The notes below the pieces were generated by a model that was given only the letters and a program-made list of their open reading frames with translations, was not told the DNA's origin and searched no databases. A DNA stretch of 32,000 nucleotides from Psychrobacter sp. HD31 (GTDB lineage Bacteria > Pseudomonadota > Gammaproteobacteria > Pseudomonadales > Moraxellaceae), in assembly GCF_051097895.1 (NCBI RefSeq), contig NZ_CP142525.1, forward strand, positions 1,920,001 to 1,952,000, in the 5' to 3' direction. Positions 25,498 to 32,000 of this stretch are shown piece after piece (position 1 is the first letter of the stretch; each line of letters starts with the position of its first letter). Both the position numbers and the translations under genes were made by a program.

Positions 25498-26958
25498 TTA
25501 ATAATGACCCAAAAACTTCCACCAAACGAGACCAGCGCTAATCCATACGACTAGGTTAACAACGCTCATGATAAAACCAACACGCCACCATTCACCCAGT
25601 GATGCATACCCTGAGTTAAATATTACAGGCGCAGTGCCGGTTGCATAATGGGTTAGGGTCATCATAATATTGCCAGCTGCTGCCATAATCAATGCAAATA
25701 ACATTGGCGGTGCGCCAAGGCTTAAACCAACGGTATAAAATGCAGCAAACATGGCGGTGATGTGTGCGGTGGTACTGGCAAAAAAGTAATGCACATACAT
25801 ATACACCAAGGTCAAAATAACCATTGCCATGGTTGTGCTAACACCCGTAGCAGCAATAGCTGCCTGAATATTGCCAGAAAACCACTCAATAAGCCCAAGT
25901 TTATTTAAAAAGCCTGCCATCATAATTAATGCAGAAAACCAAACGATGGTATCCCATGCAGAACGTTCTTTAAGAATGTCTTCCCAACTTAGAACACCTG
26001 TAATAAGTAAAGCAGATAAGCCGATTAATGCGGTGGTTGCAGAGTGCAATTTTAAAGCACTAATGCCTGTTAACATCTCTGGAATGTTTGCCCAAAAAAG
26101 CAACATTAAGGTAAAAATTGCCAGCATGATTTTTTCATTTTTAGAGATTCGCCCCATTTTTTTTAGATTATTGGTAGCAAAGGTTTTTGCATCTGGGGTT
26201 TCTTTAATTTCTGGTTTTGCCAGCAGATAGATAACCAAAGGCATTAGTAAAATACATAGCATACCTGGGATAAACATGGAGACAGCCCATGTTGTCCAAG
26301 ACAGTTGGATTTCACTACCTGTTGCTTTATTGATTAAATCTACAACCAACGGGTTAGGTGCGGTTGCGGTAATAAACATCCCAGAAGTGATGGGGTTTGA
26401 ATGATAATTAACCAAAGCGAGGTATTTACCAATTTTGCTTTGTGTGCCATTTTCTGGTGTTGAGTCAAAGTTATGGGCAATTGACTTCATAATTGGGTGG
26501 ATGATACCACCACCACGTGCGGTGTTTGATGGCGTAATTGGTGCAATCATTAACTCAGAGATGGCAAGTGAGTACCCAATCCCCAAGCTTTTTTTGCCAA
26601 ATAGTGCAATAAAATAATAGGCAATGCGGTTACCTAATCCAGTTTTTATCAAACCACGAGAAATCATGATGGCAATACCAATTAACCAAATCAAAGGACT
26701 CGAAAAGCTAGAAAGTACGTCGGTTATGGCACCTTTTGGGCTGTCGTTAGTGACACCAGTCACAGCAACTAAAGTCATAGCGATGATGGCAATTGCCCCA
26801 ATTGGTAAAGCTTTGCCAATAATGGCCGCAATGGTGGCAATAAAGATGGCAAGCAGATGCCATGCATTTGGGTCAACGCCCACAGGTACAGGGATAATAA
26901 ACCAAATGAGTAAACCGATAATCATGGATATAATTGTTGGGATAAGCTTAAACGGCAT
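25498..26958 (-). CDS. DASS/SLC13-type anion (di/tricarboxylate) transporter
   Basis: 486 aa and highly hydrophobic, with more than 12 TM segments. Two-repeat architecture with the hairpin-type motifs PSNTARGG and HYATGTAP, typical of the CitT/2-oxoglutarate-malate translocator-like anion permeases. A perfect AGGAGG SD lies upstream. Confidence 0.82.
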   Translation of the reverse strand: MPFKLIPTIISMIIGLLIWFIIPVPVGVDPNAWHLLAIFIATIAAIIGKALPIGAIAIIAMTLVAVTGVTNDSPKGAITDVLSSFSSPLIWLIGIAIMISRGLIKTGLGNRIAYYFIALFGKKSLGIGYSLAISELMIAPITPSNTARGGGIIHPIMKSIAHNFDSTPENGTQSKIGKYLALVNYHSNPITSGMFITATAPNPLVVDLINKATGSEIQLSWTTWAVSMFIPGMLCILLMPLVIYLLAKPEIKETPDAKTFATNNLKKMGRISKNEKIMLAIFTLMLLFWANIPEMLTGISALKLHSATTALIGLSALLITGVLSWEDILKERSAWDTIVWFSALIMMAGFLNKLGLIEWFSGNIQAAIAATGVSTTMAMVILTLVYMYVHYFFASTTAHITAMFAAFYTVGLSLGAPPMLFALIMAAAGNIMMTLTHYATGTAPVIFNSGYASLGEWWRVGFIMSVVNLVVWISAGLVWWKFLGHY

Positions 26959-27355
26959 ATTAACCTCCTATTTATTAATATTGAGTGTTATTGATAGGGT
27001 AATAGTTGTAAGTATCTGGTTAAGGGTTAAATAGTATTAATATCAGCTGAGTTATTATTTTGGCTGGTTAATTAGTTGACGATTAATAAGATACCTAAGC
27101 TATCTTTGCTATATTTTTGTTATCTTTTTTGGTTTTTAATGATTTTTATTTTTGGTTTTATTATAGAACTGTGGCAGGGATAGTCAACTGTTAAAAGTAC
27201 AATGAGACGGGAAAAATTATACAATTGTTTAACAAGGACAATGTGAGGTGTTTTGTATTTATTTTAGCTGTTTTGTCAACAGCCAATGTGATGGCACTGC
27301 TTATGAACAGACCATCAACAAAGGCAATGTAATACAAAGGGCAACTAATTTATGG

Positions 27356-30055
27356 TTAGTCCGTATCTAACGCATCAATTAAAGCAGATTTTAGCAACTG
27401 TAATTTGTCATTGCTTAATTCCATATCATTTTTATCACTAATATAAAAAGTGTCTTCTGCCTTTTCTCCAAGCGTAGTAATACGGGCAGAATGGACTTCA
27501 ATACCTTGCTCTAAAAAGATTTGACCAACTTGGGCTAACAAGCTTGGTCTATCAAGTGTGATTAGGCTCATCATATGTTGGTTTTGTAAGGCGTTTTCAT
27601 CAAAACGAACTTTGGTTGGTACGCTAAAGTTTTTTAACCTTCTTGGTATTCTTTTTTGGCTAAATTTTGGTTTGGTTGGGCTTTTAAACGCGGTTATGAG
27701 TCGGTTTTTAAGTTCATCTTGGCGTTCTGGGTCTGTTAGGAGCGTACCTTGGCGGTCTAAAATGATATAGGAATCCAAGGCAAAATCACGTGTACCAGTA
27801 ATGATGCGTGCATCTAAAACATCAAAATCCATTTGGTCAAAAACCGCCATAGTAACTGCAAATAGGTTTTCTTGGTCTTGTGTATAAACAAAAACCTGTA
27901 CGGCATCTAATGCAATGTCTCTGTGCTCACGTAATGAAACGAGTGGTTCACTGTCTTTATCGGATGCTTTACCAATTGGTGGGTGGTTAAGGATTTCTTG
28001 AGTATGCCATAAAATATCTTCAGGGATTTCTCGCAAAAAGTATTCATCGCCCAGCTCATCCCAAAGGGTGATGACTTCTTGCTGATTCATTTTAGAATTT
28101 TGTTTTATCATCAACTGAGTGGCTTTTTCTCGGTTGACTGTAATCATGTCGTCACGGTTTGTTGGGGTGTCGATGTCGGCTTTTAGCATACGGCGAGTGT
28201 AGGTATAAAGCTGTTTCATCAAGCTGGCTCGCCAACTGTTCCAAATTTGTGAGTTGGTGGCATTCATGTCGGCAACGGTAAGCACATAAAGGTGGTTTAA
28301 GTGGGTCACATTGCCAATAATCTCGGCAAATTCACTCACCACCTCTGGGTCTGAGATGTCTTTTTTCTGTGCCGTGCTGGACATTAACAAATGTTGACGA
28401 GTTAACCAGCCCACAAGGTTTGCATCTGCTTCATTCATGCCATGATGTAAGCAAAACTCAATGGCTTCAACTTCGCCCAGTTTACTGTGGTCGCCGCCTC
28501 TACCTTTGGCAATATCGTGGAAAATAGCTGCCAATACTAAAATATCTTTACGGTCAATACGTTGGTATATGCTATTAACTAAGTCATAATCGCTTTGATA
28601 TTTGTCATCGGTAAATCGATGCAATATCCTAACCACAAACAAGGTGTGGGCATCAACGGTATAACGATGAAACAAATCAAATTGCATGAGTCCTGTAACA
28701 CGCCCAAACTCTGGTATGTAATGACCCAGTACGCCATAGCGTTTCATGGTGCGTAGTCGGTGATACAAATAGTTTTGTTCTTTAATATTGTCTAAAAAAA
28801 GTTGTTTGTTTTTTGGGTTATCTCGGTAGGCTTGCCCAATACCACGAGCCGCAATTTTTAATGCACGTAAGGTACGGGTACGTACGTTTTTAATACCATG
28901 TTGCCCCATCAGTAAAAACATTTGTAATATGGCATCTGGGTGTTGTGCAAAAACACGGTGATGCGCAATGGCAATTTGATTACCAATTTGGTTAAATAAA
29001 GCGTTTAGTGGCATTTTTTTAGGTTTTTTATCGTCACTCAAGTTGGGCTCTATCACCAGCTCATAGTAGTGTGCGGTCAGCATTTCTGATAACGTCGAGA
29101 TGTGCATTGCACAGCGATAGTAATCGCGCATAAAGTTTTCGATAGCAGCATTACCATGAGAGTCATGAATTTCTGGCGTGTCTTCATATCCCATTAACTT
29201 GGCGATTTCGCGTTGATAGTCAAACAAGAGTTTGTTTTCATTACGACCATTTAAAGTATGTAAATGATGGCGGATTGTCCATAAAAAGTCTTCAGACTGT
29301 TGCAGCTCATCAAACTCTCTTTCTGTTAAAAAGTCTTGTTGTACTAAATCATATAGTTTGCTTACTCTAAAATAGCGTTTACTTACCCAGCCAATAACAT
29401 GGATGTCTCTGAGCCCACCAGGTGCATTTTTAATGTCTGGTTCTAGGTTATACTCGGTAGAGTTATTTTGTAGATAGCGTTGTTTGGCTTCTGCCATTTT
29501 GGCATTATAAAAATCAACTTGTGACCACGTTTTTTCTAGGATATTTTTAGGGGCAAATTTTAGGGCTTCATTACCAACCAAATAACGTGCTTCTAAGATG
29601 GTTGAGGCAATGGTGTGATCGCCTTTAGTTACCTGGATAGACTCTTCAATCGTTCGTACGGCAAGGGCTGGTTCAATCCCGATGTCCCAAAGTTTGGCAA
29701 CAAACTGATTGAGTTGCTCGCCTACTTTTTCATCAATGGTGCCTGGTGATAAAAGTAAAATATCAACATCAGAGTGTAGCGATAACTCACCACGTCCATA
29801 ACCACCGGTGGCAAATAACGTTAGGTCGGTTTCATCAAGTTGATAAAGATTAAATAGTGCAATGAGTAACTCATCAATGGCGGTGGCTCTTGCTGTAACC
29901 AGTTGGCGGATACTGATGCCTTTACTTAGTGCGTGGTCAATTTCTTGGTTAACCTGTGTTAACCATGCGGGCACACCTAAATTTGCTTGAGTTTGTTGGC
30001 TTAAATCTGGCAGTGGTGTGATTTGTAAGGTGTTTACTGTGTAGTTATTAAACAT
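27356..30055 (-). CDS. glnD: bifunctional [protein-PII] uridylyltransferase / uridylyl-removing enzyme
   Basis: 899 aa. It has the nucleotidyltransferase motif GGYGRGELSLHSDVDILLL, the HD domain (IFHDIAKGRGGDHS) and two C-terminal ACT-like segments. Confidence 0.95.
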   Translation of the reverse strand: MFNNYTVNTLQITPLPDLSQQTQANLGVPAWLTQVNQEIDHALSKGISIRQLVTARATAIDELLIALFNLYQLDETDLTLFATGGYGRGELSLHSDVDILLLSPGTIDEKVGEQLNQFVAKLWDIGIEPALAVRTIEESIQVTKGDHTIASTILEARYLVGNEALKFAPKNILEKTWSQVDFYNAKMAEAKQRYLQNNSTEYNLEPDIKNAPGGLRDIHVIGWVSKRYFRVSKLYDLVQQDFLTEREFDELQQSEDFLWTIRHHLHTLNGRNENKLLFDYQREIAKLMGYEDTPEIHDSHGNAAIENFMRDYYRCAMHISTLSEMLTAHYYELVIEPNLSDDKKPKKMPLNALFNQIGNQIAIAHHRVFAQHPDAILQMFLLMGQHGIKNVRTRTLRALKIAARGIGQAYRDNPKNKQLFLDNIKEQNYLYHRLRTMKRYGVLGHYIPEFGRVTGLMQFDLFHRYTVDAHTLFVVRILHRFTDDKYQSDYDLVNSIYQRIDRKDILVLAAIFHDIAKGRGGDHSKLGEVEAIEFCLHHGMNEADANLVGWLTRQHLLMSSTAQKKDISDPEVVSEFAEIIGNVTHLNHLYVLTVADMNATNSQIWNSWRASLMKQLYTYTRRMLKADIDTPTNRDDMITVNREKATQLMIKQNSKMNQQEVITLWDELGDEYFLREIPEDILWHTQEILNHPPIGKASDKDSEPLVSLREHRDIALDAVQVFVYTQDQENLFAVTMAVFDQMDFDVLDARIITGTRDFALDSYIILDRQGTLLTDPERQDELKNRLITAFKSPTKPKFSQKRIPRRLKNFSVPTKVRFDENALQNQHMMSLITLDRPSLLAQVGQIFLEQGIEVHSARITTLGEKAEDTFYISDKNDMELSNDKLQLLKSALIDALDTD

Positions 30056-30195
30056 AAAATATTCTTATTTAGGTTGTAATAATAAACTAAAGTTATCAAA
30101 AATAGTTAATCTACAGTGTAGCAGAAAAATTAGTTAAATCTAAGAGTTAGTCATTTATCAATGAACGACCAAAAAAGCTGGCAAAATTTTTAGGT

Positions 30196-30226
30196 ACAAA
30201 AAAACCACCTAATTAAGGTGGTTTTT
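30196..30226 (-). terminator. rho-independent terminator after map
   Basis: Stem CCACCT (30205-30210) pairs with AGGTGG (30216-30221). A T-run follows on the minus strand (the A-run at 30196-30204 on plus). Confidence 0.7.
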
Positions 30227-30241
30227 GTCAGCCTAGCAAGG

Positions 30242-31033
30242 CTAGGTATTTAAAAAGCTTAAGTCTTCTTCTGGACGCGTGGTAAATACCTCACAACCGT
30301 TATCGGTCACCATTAGGGTATGTTCCCATTGGGCAGATAATTTACGGTCCTTGGTAATGGCTGTCCATTTATCAGGCATAATTTTAGTTTTCCATGTACC
30401 TTGGTTAATCATAGGTTCGATGGTAAATGTCATACCAGATTTTAGCTGCATACCCGTGCCAGCTCTGCCATAGTGCATTACTTGTGGTTCATGATGGAAC
30501 TCATTGCTAATACCGTGTCCACAAAATTCACGAACAATACCAAAACGCTCTGGCTCAACCACTTTTTGGATAGCCGCACCAATGTCGCCTAAATAAGCAC
30601 CATCTTTTACAACACTCATACCTGCATATAACGCCTTTTGAGCAACATCGCAAATGCGTTTTGCCATAATCGAGCCTTCACCAATAATCCACATTTTTGA
30701 AGTATCGCCATAATAGCCGTCTTTAATGACCGTTACATCAATGTTAATGATATCGCCATCTTTTAAGATTTTGTCATCACTTGGGATACCGTGGCAAACC
30801 ACATGGTTAACTGAGGTACAAATAGATTTTGGAAAACCATTGTAGTTGAGTGGTGCGGGGATAGCGCCCTGAACATTGACAATATAGTCATGCGCAAGTT
30901 TATCTAATGCTTCTGTTGTAATGCCTGCTTTAACGTGTTCATCCAGCATTAATAATACGTCTGCGGCAAGCTTGCCTGCAACACGCATTTTTTCTATAGC
31001 ATCAGGTGCCAAAATTAGATTTTTTGTTGTCAT
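30242..31033 (-). CDS. map: type I methionine aminopeptidase
   Basis: 263 aa with metal-ligand contexts DVTVIKDGYYGDTS, FCGHGI, TIEPM and WEHTLMVT. Confidence 0.96.
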   Translation of the reverse strand: MTTKNLILAPDAIEKMRVAGKLAADVLLMLDEHVKAGITTEALDKLAHDYIVNVQGAIPAPLNYNGFPKSICTSVNHVVCHGIPSDDKILKDGDIINIDVTVIKDGYYGDTSKMWIIGEGSIMAKRICDVAQKALYAGMSVVKDGAYLGDIGAAIQKVVEPERFGIVREFCGHGISNEFHHEPQVMHYGRAGTGMQLKSGMTFTIEPMINQGTWKTKIMPDKWTAITKDRKLSAQWEHTLMVTDNGCEVFTTRPEEDLSFLNT

Positions 31034-31129
31034 AAATACACCAAAATTTATTTATAAATTAGTTTTGTTTGATGGGTGGCATTGTAGCATATTTTGGGGT
31101 GTTAAACATTGGTAACACTAAGATTTTTA

Positions 31130-31138
31130 TGATAGAAT
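31130..31138 (+). promoter_or_regulatory. candidate extended -10 promoter for rpsB
   Basis: TGATAGAAT (TGn + TAGAAT) would give a leader of about 245 nt. This rests on pattern only. A second TATAAT lies at 31346-31351. Confidence 0.3.
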
Positions 31139-31385
31139 ATGCGTTCCGTTTTTTAGACGTGATTTTTTAGTAAAAAAGCTAATATAGTTATGACTAAAAC
31201 GGAGGTTGATATGGTGTTAAACGGTATCAACGTATTTTTAACTTTAAACAATGACACACACATTATGCTTAAGGCGTACTGGGTGTTTGATGGCTTGATT
31301 AATTTGGTTTTATAAGCAAATGCGTGCCATTAAATCGGTACTTCTTATAATGTGGAGGCATAACCCAAATTTTAAGGAATTTAAC

Positions 31386-32000
31386 ATGGCAGATAACAGC
31401 CCAACTCAAATCGCAATGCGTGACTTGCTTCAAGCTGGTGCACACTTTGGTCACCAAACACGTTTTTGGAACCCAAAAATGGGTCCATATATCTTTGGCG
31501 CACGTAACAAGATTCACATCATCAACCTAGAGCATACAGTAAAAGCATTTAACGAAGCATTGACTTTTGTAAATGGTCTTGCTGCTAAAAAGAACAAAGT
31601 ATTATTTGTTGGCACAAAACGTGCAGCAAGTGGCGTTGTTCGTGAACAAGCACAACGTGCAGGCATGCCTTATGTTGATCACCGCTGGTTAGGTGGTATG
31701 CTGACAAACTGGAAAACACTTCGTCAGTCAATCAACCGTTTAAAAGATCTAGAAAAGCAAGCAGAGGATGGTACTTTTGCTAAGCTAACTAAGCGTGAAG
31801 CATTAGAGCGTACACGTGATATGGAAAAACTAAGCCGTTCTTTAGGTGGTATTAAAGATATGGGCGGTTTGCCAGATGCTATCTTTGTGATTGATGTTGA
31901 TCACGAAGCTATCGCTATCAAAGAAGCTAAAAACCTAGGTATCCCTGTTATTGGTATCGTTGATACTAACTCTAACCCAGACAATGTAGATTACGTTATC
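31386..32000 (+). CDS. rpsB: 30S ribosomal protein S2 (3' end runs off the window)
   Basis: Not in the ORF track because there is no stop within the window. My translation from the ATG at 31386 (after AAGGAA) reads [51 protein letters not shown]..., a classic S2 N-terminus. It stays open for 205 codons to the window edge. Confidence 0.95.
   Translation, partial: MADNSPTQIAMRDLLQAGAHFGHQTRFWNPKMGPYIFGARNKIHIINLEHTVKAFNEALTFVNGLAAKKNKVLFVGTKRAASGVVREQAQRAGMPYVDHRWLGGMLTNWKTLRQSINRLKDLEKQAEDGTFAKLTKREALERTRDMEKLSRSLGGIKDMGGLPDAIFVIDVDHEAIAIKEAKNLGIPVIGIVDTNSNPDNVDYVI

Noticed and set aside
31299-31517. 72-aa minus-strand ORF in the supplied track.
   Set aside because: It overlaps the unambiguous N-terminus of rpsB on the plus strand, so it is spurious.
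1-32000. Searched by eye for CRISPR arrays, IS elements or transposases, integrases, phage genes, toxin-antitoxin pairs, restriction-modification or other defence genes, and rRNA/tRNA genes.
   Set aside because: None found. Every long ORF has a housekeeping or metabolic assignment, or is a small lipoprotein. There are no arrays of regularly spaced repeats.

Overview
This is a chromosomal window from an AT-rich gammaproteobacterium, roughly 40% GC by eye. Gene content and order (rpsB | map-glnD...dapC, dapA-small lipoprotein-purC, valS, murI, ETF-QO, DegP-like protease) fit a Pseudomonadales/Moraxellales-type core genome. My guess is Moraxellaceae, which is inference only. I support about 26 CDS, several clean rho-independent terminators, one short repeat family and two segmental duplications. 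I found no rRNA, tRNA, CRISPR array, transposase, integrase or recognisable defence or toxin genes. Most of the window is ordinary housekeeping sequence. The unusual part is 16.5-23.0 kb. There, two single-gene cargos are each bracketed by an imperfect direct repeat that copies the end of the neighbouring gene. The first cargo is a DoxX membrane protein, flanked by a 108-bp repeat of the 5' end and upstream region of a lytic transglycosylase gene. The second is a DUF711/UPF0210 protein, flanked by a 128-bp repeat of the 3' end of an EamA transporter gene. In both cases the interrupted gene stays intact and a decayed relic copy sits on the far side of the cargo. Both cargos also carry a copy of the same small hairpin motif, and one copy lies inside the DUF711 coding sequence. 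Secondary observations are: a 91-bp MITE-like element in three copies bracketing two small lipoprotein genes; an 88-aa lipoprotein at the syntenic BamC position; candidate operators upstream of doxX and in the MocR/EamA divergent region; and a DASS transporter between glnD and dapC.
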